Positions 28,198-38,544 of a DNA stretch of 52,607 bases are shown here, piece by piece (the first letter of the stretch is position 1; each line of letters starts with the position of its first letter). The stretch is from Cyanobacteria bacterium J06626_4 (GTDB lineage: Bacteria; Cyanobacteriota; Cyanobacteriia; Phormidesmidales; Phormidesmidaceae). A model generated the notes under the pieces. That model was given only the letters and a program-made list of their open reading frames with translations, had not been told where the DNA came from and did not search any database. Both the position numbers and the translations under genes were made by a program. The DNA lies in the NCBI GenBank assembly GCA_038523235.1, contig JBCBJQ010000033.1, positions 1-52,607 of the forward strand, written 5' to 3'.

Positions 28198-30534
28198 ATG
28201 GCCTATCCCCACTATCGATGGTGTCTCGCAGATCCGTCACCGCCCCCCGCTGACTGGCTGCAAGCCTTTGAGCAGGGGCTCTCGACGATTAAGGGAGCCG
28301 GTGCCTTCGCTCCGCTACTGGGGCAATTGCTGTGGCAGCGGGGCTGGCGTCGCCTCGAAGATATTCAAACCTTTATTCAAGCCGAGGCCTATCAACCGAT
28401 ATCGCCCTGGGCCTTCGGTGACGAAATGGAGTGGGCGATCGCGCGCCTGCAGCAAGCCCACGAGCAGTCAGAAAAGGTGGCGATCTGGGGCGACTTTGAT
28501 GCGGATGGTTTGACCGCCACCGCCGTCTTATGGGAAGGGCTGGGGCAATTTTGGGCGCAGCACAGCCACCTGCGCTACTACGTGCCTAACCGCTTTACCG
28601 AATCTCACGGGTTGTCCCAAGTGGGGCTAGATGAGCTAGCTGATTGGGGCTGCACGCTGATCGTCACCTGCGATACGGGCAGCACTGCTGACACGGAGCT
28701 GACCTATGCTCAAAGCCTGGGCATGGGGGTCATTGTGACAGATCACCACACGCTGCCAAAGACGCGCCCGCCCGTCGTAGCGCTGATCAATCCGCGCCAG
28801 TTCGCTGCGGCTCATCCTCTGCACAATTTGTCGGGGGTGGCGGTGGCCTACAAGCTGCTCGAAGCGCTCTATGACCGGCTACCTGCCCGCCCGCAGCAGC
28901 CTCTAGAGACCGTGCTAGATCTGGTAGCGATCGGCCTGATTGCCGACTTAGTGGCGCTGCAAGGCGACTGCCGCTATCTCACTCAGGTCGGGCTCAAGCA
29001 GCTCGAAGCCCAAGCTAAACAAGGATTGCGGCCAGGGTTGACAAAGCTGCTGCAGTTTTGCAAACGCACGGGCGATCGCCCCTCCGATGTGGCGTTTGGC
29101 ATTGGCCCGCGCATCAATGCGGTCAGTCGCATTCACGGCGACGCGCGCTTTGGAGTCGAGCTGTTGACCAGTCGAGATCGCCCCCGCGCCGAAGCCCTCG
29201 CCCTCGAAGCGGAACTGGCGAACACCCGCCGCAAAGACCTACAGGCCTCGGTGATGGCCCAAGCGGAAGCTCAGCTAGCCCAGCTTGACTTGAGTACGAC
29301 CCAAGTAATTTTACTCAGCGATCCGCAGTGGTCACCGGGGGTATTGGGACTGGTCGCCAGTCAAATTGCCCAGGCCTATGGTCGTCCCACCATTTTGTTT
29401 CAAACGGAGACCACAGCGACGGCTGGCCAACCCTTGATGGCTCGTGGTTCGGCGCGATCGGTGCGGCAGATTGATCTGTATGAATTGGTGCAGGCACAGT
29501 CGCATCTGCTCACCAGCTTTGGCGGCCATCCCTTGGCGGCGGGCATGAGTCTGCCGGTCAAAAATCTACCACTGTTTACAGCGGGCCTGAACCGAGCCGT
29601 GCGATCGCAACTCCCCACGGCGAATCTGACTCAGCCGCCCCCCTTAACCCTTGATCTAGAAGTTACTTTGGCTGACCTGGGCCAGGATCTCTTTCGCGCC
29701 CTCAAGCTACTAGAACCCTACGGCATGGGCAATCCGACCCCACGCCTCTGGCTCCAGCAGGTGCACATTGAACACCTGCGAGAAGAGCGGATTAAAGACC
29801 GGCGCGGTGGTAAACAGCGCTATTTCAAAGTGACCTTTGACATGACGGAGCCGGCGACGCAAACCACCTTTCCCGGTCACTGGTGGGGCCATCGCCGTCA
29901 AGACTTGCCCGAAGGGTGCCATGACGTCGTCATTGAGCTGGACTTTAATGCCTATCAGAAACGCTACGAAGCACGTCTGATCGATTATCGGCCCTTGACT
30001 ACCGCCCCGCCGTCAACCGCTGAAACCGCCGGCTGGCTAGTTGATCAGCGCCAAACTGCTCCTTCTAATGCTGCCCCCCCGGCGCTGTTGACCTGTCCGC
30101 TCGACTGGTCAGCGTTTGCCCGCTATGCCGATGAGGCGCAGCCGCTGACCTTAGCCTATCCGCCGCCGCCGCCGGCATCTCCCGCCCAGCGCTGGCAACA
30201 ACTGCTGGGCATTGCCAAATATCTGGCTCGCACCGGCGAATGGCATACCCAATCGCGAGTAGCGGCGAAATTAGCCGTCAGCGATCGCACCCTGCAAATC
30301 GGTCTGTTGGCCCTACAGACCCTGGGCTTCACCCTGCAGCAAACGGAGACAGAGTTGGCGCTCGCGGCCCCGGCGCGGCCACCGAATCCTGAGCAATCCG
30401 AACTTGCAGCGGCTGACTTTTTAGTGGCAATTCAAGAGGAGTCCTTCCGGCAGCGGTATTTCTACGAGGTACCAGTAGCGACCCTGCAGCAGGTGTTGAA
30501 CCGGGTAAATCCGCAGCGGCAGCGCCCCAGCTGA
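28198..30534 (+). CDS. recJ: Single-stranded-DNA-specific exonuclease RecJ
   Basis: 'WGDFDADG', 'TDHH', 'GPRINA', 'RGSARS', 'GGHPLAAG', 'LEPYGMGNP'. Confidence 0.93.
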   Translation: MAYPHYRWCLADPSPPPADWLQAFEQGLSTIKGAGAFAPLLGQLLWQRGWRRLEDIQTFIQAEAYQPISPWAFGDEMEWAIARLQQAHEQSEKVAIWGDFDADGLTATAVLWEGLGQFWAQHSHLRYYVPNRFTESHGLSQVGLDELADWGCTLIVTCDTGSTADTELTYAQSLGMGVIVTDHHTLPKTRPPVVALINPRQFAAAHPLHNLSGVAVAYKLLEALYDRLPARPQQPLETVLDLVAIGLIADLVALQGDCRYLTQVGLKQLEAQAKQGLRPGLTKLLQFCKRTGDRPSDVAFGIGPRINAVSRIHGDARFGVELLTSRDRPRAEALALEAELANTRRKDLQASVMAQAEAQLAQLDLSTTQVILLSDPQWSPGVLGLVASQIAQAYGRPTILFQTETTATAGQPLMARGSARSVRQIDLYELVQAQSHLLTSFGGHPLAAGMSLPVKNLPLFTAGLNRAVRSQLPTANLTQPPPLTLDLEVTLADLGQDLFRALKLLEPYGMGNPTPRLWLQQVHIEHLREERIKDRRGGKQRYFKVTFDMTEPATQTTFPGHWWGHRRQDLPEGCHDVVIELDFNAYQKRYEARLIDYRPLTTAPPSTAETAGWLVDQRQTAPSNAAPPALLTCPLDWSAFARYADEAQPLTLAYPPPPPASPAQRWQQLLGIAKYLARTGEWHTQSRVAAKLAVSDRTLQIGLLALQTLGFTLQQTETELALAAPARPPNPEQSELAAADFLVAIQEESFRQRYFYEVPVATLQQVLNRVNPQRQRPS

Positions 30535-30615
30535 GCCGGACAGCGCCGTTGCTGTCCGGCTCAGCTTACCGAGCGGGCAAGCGACGCCGTCTAGCCATTG
30601 CGCGATGCGCAATGG

Positions 30616-30984
30616 CTAGACAGAATAGCGGCGCTCTAACCACAGTCGCACTTCTCGCTCTGACCAACAGATGTCGCGTCGCCGAGTGAGCGGATCATAG
30701 ACCTGCCAAAAAATGCGCCCGTGCCCATCAAAATCCTGACGAATGCGGGGTTCGGTGCGATCTCGCGTCAGCTCTCGAACGAACCACTGCCCAACTTGCT
30801 GAGAAAGTTGGCGCAATCGGACATGCGCGGGGATAACCGGCGATCGCTGATAGAGCGACTCTAACTGCTGACGGACTTGGACATTATTAGGACAAACCAC
30901 CTTAAACCTCGCTTGCGCGCCTAGCGCTGTAAGTTTTGGCTGTCTGTACCCTACGAGGTGTGCCCCTAAACCTTCAAAGCACAA
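30616..30984 (-). CDS. Hypothetical protein of a cyanobacterial family ('W.VYDP...SE.EVR.WLE.RY')
   Basis: C-terminal 'EPRIRQ..D..G..FWQVYDPLT...SEREVRLWLERRY'. True start uncertain. Confidence 0.6.
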   Translation of the reverse strand: MCFEGLGAHLVGYRQPKLTALGAQARFKVVCPNNVQVRQQLESLYQRSPVIPAHVRLRQLSQQVGQWFVRELTRDRTEPRIRQDFDGHGRIFWQVYDPLTRRRDICWSEREVRLWLERRYSV

Positions 30985-31632
30985 AGCAGATTGCTACTAT
31001 GCACAAAATCGATGGTGCAGCTTGTGACAAGAATCTTCGGGCAGGGCTGACCATAAACACAGCTCATCTGAACCGGTAAAACAACTCACGTTTCAACGCG
31101 CTCAGCAGAGGTGAGCCAGTAGAGGGTGATGACATCTGGACCGGTTCAAAAATCGAAAAAATGCCTAACCTGTGGGCTTTTGAGAACAACACAAGGCGTT
31201 TTGCCAAATTATCCTTCAGATCACGAGGAGGGACCGATAGCGGGGGCAACGCTTCAGTTAGCCTAGCGGCCCTAAATTCATCAACCGATCATGAGAGCTC
31301 AAAATCTGAATTATCTCAACGCGGTAGAGGGTCAGGAACCACCGCCAAACACGTATCGTCACACTTCAAAAAGTTGCTGTCAGTCAGAGCCGAAGCGCAT
31401 CGTGACGGGAGAACAGCGGTTGTCGCTGATAGGGCAATGCCTTGAACTGCCCGTCTTTAGCAACCGATGGTCAAATTATGGCCGCGGTTCAATAAAATAG
31501 CCCATGACTCTCTAAAATTGGAATGCCTGTTGGGGGAGATGTTTCTTTGGTCAAGGCGATCGCTAACAGGACTATTCGCATTACTATAGGGTGCCTTAGT
31601 AGCGTCCTTCGCCCAGATTCAGGAGGTGCCTG

Positions 31633-32325
31633 TTGAATATCGCAGAACTGTTTGCCCGAGGCGGCATTGCCATGTGGCCGTTGCTGTTCCTCTCGGTTCT
31701 GGCATTTGGTACCATCGTTGACCGCATTTGGTTTTGGTCGCGCATTTTGACCAAAGAGCGTGAGGTTGCCGGTCGAGTACTCGAGGCGGTTCGCCGCGAT
31801 TGGCCCGCTGCCAGAGATATCGCCCAGAGTGCGAACAAGCTGCCGATGGGACGGTTTTTGCAGTCAGCGCTGTCGCTGGAAACACCTGATCCCGAAGTGT
31901 TTCGCTTAGCGCTGGAAACCTCTGCCGATGAAGAGCTGACGGTTATGCGCAAGGGTGAAAAGGGGTTGGAAGCCGTGATTGCGCTAGCGCCCATGCTGGG
32001 ATTATTAGGCACGGTGTTGGGTCTGATCAACTCCCTCGGCTCAATTCGCCTGTCGGACCTCGCCAGTGACAGCACCTCAGGCACGGTCTTAGGCATTGGG
32101 GAAGCGCTGATTAGCACCGCGGCGGGTCTGGTGATCGCGATCATTAGCCTCGCGTTCTATCGCTTGTTTCAAGGCTTTGTGTTTGGTCAAGCAAAAGTAT
32201 TTCGGCAGTCAGGCAGTGAGTTAGAGCTGTTATATCGTCAGGCCTGGTCGGCCAATGAGCGCGCCCAGGCGCAGACTAAGTCCGATGGCGTCGTCGCTGA
32301 GGTGCGTACCGGCCATGAAAGTTGA
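31633..32325 (+). CDS. exbB: MotA/TolQ/ExbB proton channel protein
   Basis: 'GGIAMWPL', 'APMLGLLGTVLGLI', 'GIGEALISTAAGL'; AGGAGG RBS before TTG. Confidence 0.9.
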   Translation: MNIAELFARGGIAMWPLLFLSVLAFGTIVDRIWFWSRILTKEREVAGRVLEAVRRDWPAARDIAQSANKLPMGRFLQSALSLETPDPEVFRLALETSADEELTVMRKGEKGLEAVIALAPMLGLLGTVLGLINSLGSIRLSDLASDSTSGTVLGIGEALISTAAGLVIAIISLAFYRLFQGFVFGQAKVFRQSGSELELLYRQAWSANERAQAQTKSDGVVAEVRTGHES

Positions 32326-32962
32326 TCTCCTCGATACCCCTTCCGAAGACGTCAGAATCGAGATCATTCCCCTCATTGACGTCATTTTCTGCATTCTGAC
32401 GTTCTTTATTTTGGCCGCCGTGGGGCTAACACGCCAGCAGGCCATTGATTTAGACTTGCCCAACGCCAGTACGGGCAATCCGTTGCCGCCTCAAGGGCTA
32501 GGGGCAGAAGCGCTCCAGCGAGAGCGGCTCTATGTCAGTGTGGATGCCATCGGGCAGGTTTATCTTGACCAGCAGCCCGTCACCTTAGATTTGCTTTACG
32601 ACGTCCTATTACAGCACCAGCAGGTGTCTCCCGAGGGGCTGATCGTGCTGTATGCCTCTCGCGATGCCCGCTACGAAGACGTGATTCAAGTGCTGGATCT
32701 GTTGCGGTCGGTCGGGGGCGATCGCGTGGCCCTGGCAACCCTACCGGGTGAGTCGTTTGAGGCACCGGGGGCAGGCCTCGAAGGGCTGCCGGGCAATGAC
32801 CCCTTAGATGGTGGTCTGCTGGACTTGACGCCGCTGCCGACCAATCCTCAGCCAGATCTCGATGAGTCGGGCCTACTCGCCCCCTTTGAGCCGTTGCCAA
32901 CAGAACCCGCCGCCCCCGCTGACGCCACGCCCCAGCCATCGACTACCGACGAATCAGAATGA
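32315..32962 (+). CDS. exbD: ExbD/TolR protein with long Pro/acidic C-terminal tail
   Basis: 'IIPLIDVIFCILTFF', 'YEDVIQVLDLLRSVGG'; overlaps the exbB 3' end. Confidence 0.9.
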   Translation: MKVDLLDTPSEDVRIEIIPLIDVIFCILTFFILAAVGLTRQQAIDLDLPNASTGNPLPPQGLGAEALQRERLYVSVDAIGQVYLDQQPVTLDLLYDVLLQHQQVSPEGLIVLYASRDARYEDVIQVLDLLRSVGGDRVALATLPGESFEAPGAGLEGLPGNDPLDGGLLDLTPLPTNPQPDLDESGLLAPFEPLPTEPAAPADATPQPSTTDESE

Positions 32963-33503
32963 CCTCAATTTCGAGGTCATCATAGTCATCGAGTAAGTTG
33001 AGATCTTCAAAGCTGATCTCATACAAGTCACCGTTGCTATAAATCGTTTTGCGGACGCGCACCGCTTCGGAATGATCCCAGCCCACATTGCCATTGGGCC
33101 GATTATCGCCATCAAAATAGTAGGTAAAGAAATTGCCCTCGGTGCCTAAAAAGAACCATTCTGATGAGTTGCTGTTGGCGACCTCGTAAACAATGTTTGA
33201 CTCGGGGGGCAACATATCAGGCGATCGCGGCGGGGCTTGCTCTTTGTACACCCGCAGACGCTGCTGAAAATCGGCTTCGCCGCCTAAAATACGAAACCAG
33301 ACTTCATGCCGCTGCTCTTGGCCCGCATTCCAGAGGGCGTAGGCCGTTGCTTCGGGCCGCTCAATATCAAAGGAATGAATCACCTGTTGCAAGCGGGGCG
33401 GACTGCTTTGCGCCCACAGCGCTCGCGACGGCACGAGAGCCGTGATGAATGCCGCTGCCAATAAACATTGACCAATTTTGCCAGGCCCAACGCGATCGCC
33501 CAT
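32943..33503 (-). CDS. Hypothetical exported protein
   Basis: Signal-like N-terminus (…ALWA-Q), beta-rich body, acidic end 'SFEDLNLLDDYDDL'. Confidence 0.65.
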   Translation of the reverse strand: MGDRVGPGKIGQCLLAAAFITALVPSRALWAQSSPPRLQQVIHSFDIERPEATAYALWNAGQEQRHEVWFRILGGEADFQQRLRVYKEQAPPRSPDMLPPESNIVYEVANSNSSEWFFLGTEGNFFTYYFDGDNRPNGNVGWDHSEAVRVRKTIYSNGDLYEISFEDLNLLDDYDDLEIEVILIRR

Positions 33504-33865
33504 CTCCCCAAGACCTCAAGTGACGCTTTTCTGCCCTAAACGATACCTTGCTTGGCGATTTTTGGAAGCATTGCGCCTAAAAAAGCTAAATTCACCAAAA
33601 TTTACATGTTTTTCTCAGGGGCTCGAAAACGACCTAAAAGCCGAGCTTTGCTGATCTAACCTTTCTCTCTTGCGGGCACTGGTGATCGTGATCGCTAGCT
33701 CCACTCAATCAATCGATTAGTTTTAAGGATGATCTAGACTGTTGGCTAAAACCTGCGAGCGCTGGCAGCGATCAGGGCCGGCAGTCGCTCGGGGCGGCTG
33801 ATACTGGTGGCCAATCTGCAGGGGTAGGAAGTCTACTGACGAGCAGTCGTAACACTTTTTTCATC

Positions 33866-35314
33866 ATGAAAGCAACTGATGCGTTATCAAGCTTGCACGA
33901 TGCAGCCATTGCGCATCTAGAACAAGCCCTGAGCGAGGCTCAGGCCGAGATCACCGCCCTCAAGCAGGCTCGCGATCAAGAGAGCCGGGAGCGACGGCGC
34001 ATTGAGCATGACCTCAAAACCTCGCAGCAACGTTTACAACTGGTGATGGATACGTTGCCCGAGTCCATTTTTTGGAAAGACCAAGACTTGGTTTACCTCG
34101 GCTGCAATCAAAATTTTGTCCAGGATGCGGGGTTGAATTCGCCTTACGACATCGTCGGTAAAACTGATTTTGATCTGCCCTGGAAACGAGAAGAAGCCGA
34201 ATTTTATCGCACCTGCGATCGCCGGGTGATGCAGTCTAATCAGGCCGAAATGGGCATCATCGAACCCCAACTCAATGGCGACGGTCAGCAAACCTGGCTC
34301 GAAACGAACAAAGCCCCCCTGCATAACATTCAGGGTGACGTCATCGGCATTCTCGGCACTTATCAAGACATTACGGCGCGACAGCAAGCCGAGATGGCGC
34401 TGCAAGAATTAAACGAGACCCTCAGTCAACAAACGGTAGAACTGACGTCCACTCTAGAGCAGTTGCAACAGTCGCAGCTACAGCTCATCCAACAAGAAAA
34501 GATGTCAGCGCTGGGGAATCTCGTGGCCGGGATTGCCCATGAGATTAACAATCCCGTTGGGTTTTTATCCGGGAACTTGCAGCCGGCGCAAGCTTACATC
34601 CAAGATCTATTCGGGCTGCTTGATCTATATCAAGCAGCCTTGCCCAGCCCCGGTGAGGCCATTGAGGACGAAATCGACGCGATTGATCTCGCCTATCTGC
34701 GGGAGGATTTGCCTCAGGTGCTGCGCTCAATGCACGAGGGCATCAAGCGCATCGGCAGTATTAGTACCAGTCTCAGAACGTTTTCGCGAGCCGATACCGA
34801 ACATCGGATTCTGTTCAAGCTTGATGAGGGTCTGGATAGCACTCTGCTGATTCTGGAACACCGCTTGAAAGCGGACGAACACCGTCCTGCCATTCAGGTC
34901 TCGACGCACTATCGCGAGATGCCCGCGATCGAGTGTTTTCCGGGGCAGCTAAATCAGGTGTTCATGAATCTTCTGGCAAATGCGATCGATGCCTTGGAAG
35001 AATCCAACCGGGGTAAAAGCTTCGCAGATATTCAGGCACAGCCTAACCACATCACCGTCACTGCAGAGTTATCGACTTGCCAGCAGTGGGCGGTCGTCAA
35101 GGTCCGAGACAATGGGGTGGGCATGACAGCAGAAACCCAATCCAAGATTTTCGAGAATTTGTTTACCACCAAAGGGGTGGGTCAAGGCACTGGTTTGGGA
35201 TTAGCGATCGCCCGACAAATCGTGGTCGAAAAACACCAGGGCACTCTTGAAGTGCACTCAACCTTGGGACAGGGCAGCGAATTTGTCTTAAAAATTCCGG
35301 CGATCGCGCCCTAA
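33866..35314 (+). CDS. Soluble PAS/PAC sensor histidine kinase
   Basis: PAS 'IFWKD..YLGCN..GKTDFDLPW'; H-box 'AHEINNP'; 'NQVFMNLLANAIDA', 'DNGVG', 'GTGLGL'. Confidence 0.92.
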   Translation: MKATDALSSLHDAAIAHLEQALSEAQAEITALKQARDQESRERRRIEHDLKTSQQRLQLVMDTLPESIFWKDQDLVYLGCNQNFVQDAGLNSPYDIVGKTDFDLPWKREEAEFYRTCDRRVMQSNQAEMGIIEPQLNGDGQQTWLETNKAPLHNIQGDVIGILGTYQDITARQQAEMALQELNETLSQQTVELTSTLEQLQQSQLQLIQQEKMSALGNLVAGIAHEINNPVGFLSGNLQPAQAYIQDLFGLLDLYQAALPSPGEAIEDEIDAIDLAYLREDLPQVLRSMHEGIKRIGSISTSLRTFSRADTEHRILFKLDEGLDSTLLILEHRLKADEHRPAIQVSTHYREMPAIECFPGQLNQVFMNLLANAIDALEESNRGKSFADIQAQPNHITVTAELSTCQQWAVVKVRDNGVGMTAETQSKIFENLFTTKGVGQGTGLGLAIARQIVVEKHQGTLEVHSTLGQGSEFVLKIPAIAP

Positions 35315-35453
35315 CTCATTAATGGTCAGCGATCTATTCAGAGGAATGGCGCGAGGTGTGAAATCATCAGTGAACCAGCCCCTTCACCCAAGGCGATAAA
35401 ATGGGGTCGTCCCTCGTCCTGGCACCGTTTGCGCCACAACTGCTCTGGTGGCC

Positions 35454-36002
35454 ATGGCTCCTCCGGTAGACATTCCCCTCTGGTTGCTGATTGGCCTGCC
35501 CGGCAGTGGTAAATCCACTTGGGCCAGCCACTTCAATCAATCAGCGCCACCACTCGCCATCATCTCGACCGATCAGATTCGCGCCCAGCTCTTTGGCCAC
35601 GCCGCCACCCAAGGCCCCTGGCTGCAGGTCTGGCATTCCGTTAATGGGCAGTTGCAGACCACGGTCAAGCAAGCTCAACAGGGCAATATCAGCGGCGCGA
35701 TTTACGATGCGACGAATGTGCAGCGCCAGGGCCGCCACACCGTGATTCAAGCAGCACGAGCAGCTGGCTTTACTCGCCTCTCAGCCGTTTGGTTTGATGT
35801 GCCAACCGCGCTTTGTTTGCAGAGAAATCGACAGCGATCGCGCCAGGTGCCCACTGACGTGATTGAGACCATGGCCCGACAGCTGGCCGGAGCGCCCCCC
35901 CACTGTGATGAAGGCTTTGATGCGCTCTATCGTCTCCAGTATTCTGGCGAGGTGATCGCGACGACAGCCGTGCCGCCCAGCCTAATCAACACTCGCCGCT
36001 GA
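35454..36002 (+). CDS. P-loop kinase (AAA_33 family)
   Basis: 'GLPGSGKST', 'STDQIR', 'YDATN', 'RNRQRSRQVP'. Confidence 0.85.
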   Translation: MAPPVDIPLWLLIGLPGSGKSTWASHFNQSAPPLAIISTDQIRAQLFGHAATQGPWLQVWHSVNGQLQTTVKQAQQGNISGAIYDATNVQRQGRHTVIQAARAAGFTRLSAVWFDVPTALCLQRNRQRSRQVPTDVIETMARQLAGAPPHCDEGFDALYRLQYSGEVIATTAVPPSLINTRR

Positions 36003-36007
36003 TGCGC

Positions 36008-36937
36008 CTAAGTCGCCGCGACAACGGCCTGCATCGCCTGCTCAACCGTGGGATATTGATAGGCAAAATTCTCGGCCTGCAGATGTTTGGGCAGTACTTG
36101 CTGCCCCTCCAGCACCACCACAGCGCCATCGCCGAGCAGCGCCTCAATCACAAAATCGGGCACGGGCAACCACGAAGGACGGTTGAGGGCCTGACCTAAG
36201 GCCTCACACACAGTAGCCATGCGAACGGGGGTCGGAGCCGTAGCGTTGTAAACCCCCGACATCGTGTTGTCGGTCAGCGCTCGCATCAATACCGCCACCA
36301 AGTCGTCAATGTGAATCCACGAAAACCACTGACGGCCACTGCCGATCGGCCCCCCCGCAAACAGGCGAAAGGGTGTGAGCATGCGCTCTAGCGCTCCGCC
36401 CTGGCCCAACACGATGCCAATGCGAGGAATCACTAAGCGCACGCCCTCGATATCTTTCACTTTGCTGGCTTCGGCTTCCCACGCCTGGCACACTTGCGAT
36501 AAAAAATCCTGATCGGCGGGCGCACTCGTTTCATCAAACGTCTTGGTTTCACTCGTGCCGTAATACCCGATCGCCGAAGCGCTGACGAGTACTTGGGGTT
36601 TAACGTCAGCCTGAGCGATCGCCTCCACAATTTTGGCCGTGCCTACTTGGCGACTGTTGAGAATAGCCTGTTTATGAGCTGCGCTCCAGCGCTCGGAGAT
36701 GGTGGCTCCGGCCAGATTGACAACGCCATCACAGCCAGCAATCGCGGTTTGCCAATCCCCCGATTGCTGCGGCGTATAAGCCACCAGCGTCACCTGAGGA
36801 AAGGTCGCTGCGGGCAGAACGCGACGAGCCCGGGCCACATCACGGGTTAACACCACCACCTCATGCCCTGCTTGCTGGAGGGCGGCAGTGAGCTGACTCC
36901 CGACGAACCCGGTGCCCCCGGTAATGGCAACTTTCAT
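36008..36937 (-). CDS. TIGR01777-family NAD-dependent epimerase/oxidoreductase (ThyD-like)
   Basis: 'TGGTGFVG', 'VNLAG', 'SASAIGYYG', 'CQAWE', 'QWFSWIH'. Confidence 0.9.
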   Translation of the reverse strand: MKVAITGGTGFVGSQLTAALQQAGHEVVVLTRDVARARRVLPAATFPQVTLVAYTPQQSGDWQTAIAGCDGVVNLAGATISERWSAAHKQAILNSRQVGTAKIVEAIAQADVKPQVLVSASAIGYYGTSETKTFDETSAPADQDFLSQVCQAWEAEASKVKDIEGVRLVIPRIGIVLGQGGALERMLTPFRLFAGGPIGSGRQWFSWIHIDDLVAVLMRALTDNTMSGVYNATAPTPVRMATVCEALGQALNRPSWLPVPDFVIEALLGDGAVVVLEGQQVLPKHLQAENFAYQYPTVEQAMQAVVAAT

Positions 36938-37251
36938 GAACCCCGACTCCTTTGCTTTGCTGTGATGTGAACTAACTCAACTGATCCAGTAGGGGATTGG
37001 CAGAGCAACTGCTCTATGCTAACGACCGATGCGATCGCCTAGCTGTGGACTCACCCACGCGCCCTATCGTTGGGGTGGCTGCCGGATGAACCTCAGCCCG
37101 TCTGAGAGAACTCTGGGTACAAAGCGATGCAGGGCCAGTTAAGCAGCCAGACTGTGATTGCTTGATCCCCACCCCTGACCGATCGACACCCTGACGATCG
37201 CCCGCACTGTGAGACGGCTTCTCTAACGCACAGGGCTCGGGCTCGCCATGA

Positions 37252-37632
37252 CTAATCTGCCGCCGCTGGTTCACCATAGGCCATGCCATTAGCTTCAGCA
37301 TACCGATGCATAAAGCGCATGAAGCGCTCCCAATGGTCAGGGCGGTCAATGGCGAGGGTGCATTCAACCTGCTTCAGATCATCGCCCTCTGGCCCGCTGA
37401 AAATAAACTTAACGCCCGAAGGTTCGATCGTAATGACGCCTTCGCTATCGGTGAGCTTGAGCGCTTTCGAAAAGCGGCTGCGAAAACTTCTAAATTCTTC
37501 GATCGCCTGCAGTCGTTCAAACAGCAACAACACGATGCGATCGCCTGTATCGTTGTCTTGCCGCAGACTCACGTTACTAATCTCTTCAGGAATGCCGTCA
37601 AAAAACTCGACGGTGGGGGTTTCAGAGGCCAT
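37252..37632 (-). CDS. psb28: Photosystem II assembly factor Psb28 (Psb28-2 type)
   Basis: 'EFFDGIPEE', 'LTDSEG', 'WERFMRFMHRYAEANGM'. Confidence 0.92.
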   Translation of the reverse strand: MASETPTVEFFDGIPEEISNVSLRQDNDTGDRIVLLLFERLQAIEEFRSFRSRFSKALKLTDSEGVITIEPSGVKFIFSGPEGDDLKQVECTLAIDRPDHWERFMRFMHRYAEANGMAYGEPAAAD

Positions 37633-37688
37633 AACCACACGGACTAACTCAGGTGTTTAGTATAGCGACTGCCGGTTCACCCCCCTGA

Positions 37689-38369
37689 TCAACTCCCGAG
37701 CCGATAACCCTTGCCATACACCGTATGAATTAAAGGCAGCGTGCCGGTGGGCTCAATTTTGCGCCGCAGCAGTCGCATTTGCGCCGCCAGAACATTGCTG
37801 GCCGGCTCTTCAGCATCAGCCCACACCGCTTGGTGGATCTGGCTGCGGGTCAGCACCTGATCGGGGTGCCGCAGCAGATAGCTCAGCAGCTGCGTTTCTT
37901 TTTCTGACAGCTCGATCGTTTGATCCTGACGATAGGCCAGCTGATTCGCTTCGTCTAAGGCCAGATCTTCGTACTGCAAGCGGGTGACGCGGGGGGGGGC
38001 CTCCAGGGTGGGGGGGCGTCGTAGCAAGGCTCGCACCCGTGCCAGCAATTCTCGCAGTTCAAAGGGTTTCACCAGATAGTCATCGGCCCCGGCATCCAAC
38101 CCTTCGACCCGATCATTCAACGTATCCTTGGCGGTCAAGAATAAAACAGGGGTGGCATCCCCACGCGATCGCACCTGCTGGCAAATTTCTAACCCGCTGT
38201 AGTGGGGCAGCATCCAATCTAAAATCAGCAGATCATAGGTGGCGTCAGCCGCTAATTGGCTACCAACCTGACCATCCGTAGCAATATCCACCTGATAGCC
38301 TTGCCGGGTCAAAACTTGACTGAGGGGCTCGGCTAATTCTGCTTCATCATCTACCAGCAAAATTCTCAT
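37689..38369 (-). CDS. rppA: OmpR-family response regulator (RppA/NrsR-like)
   Basis: 'LVDDE', 'LDWMLP', 'FLTAKD', 'DDYLVKPF', 'SNVLAAQMRLLRRK', 'TVYGKGY'. The family call is firm; the gene symbol is less certain. Confidence 0.8.
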   Translation of the reverse strand: MRILLVDDEAELAEPLSQVLTRQGYQVDIATDGQVGSQLAADATYDLLILDWMLPHYSGLEICQQVRSRGDATPVLFLTAKDTLNDRVEGLDAGADDYLVKPFELRELLARVRALLRRPPTLEAPPRVTRLQYEDLALDEANQLAYRQDQTIELSEKETQLLSYLLRHPDQVLTRSQIHQAVWADAEEPASNVLAAQMRLLRRKIEPTGTLPLIHTVYGKGYRLGS

Positions 38370-38544
38370 GGGCAGCCATCGGCAAGCATTTCAGCATCTT
38401 AGAGCAGAAACTGATGACCATCAAATGCAGCCTTGGCCCATCGCCGCTGTGAGGACAAAATTTGGCCTAAAGCGTTTCCATCTGTATTGTTCCGAATTGT
38501 GACCGGCGCTGGTTGTGAGTGAAGCGATCGCCCCACTCACGTGA

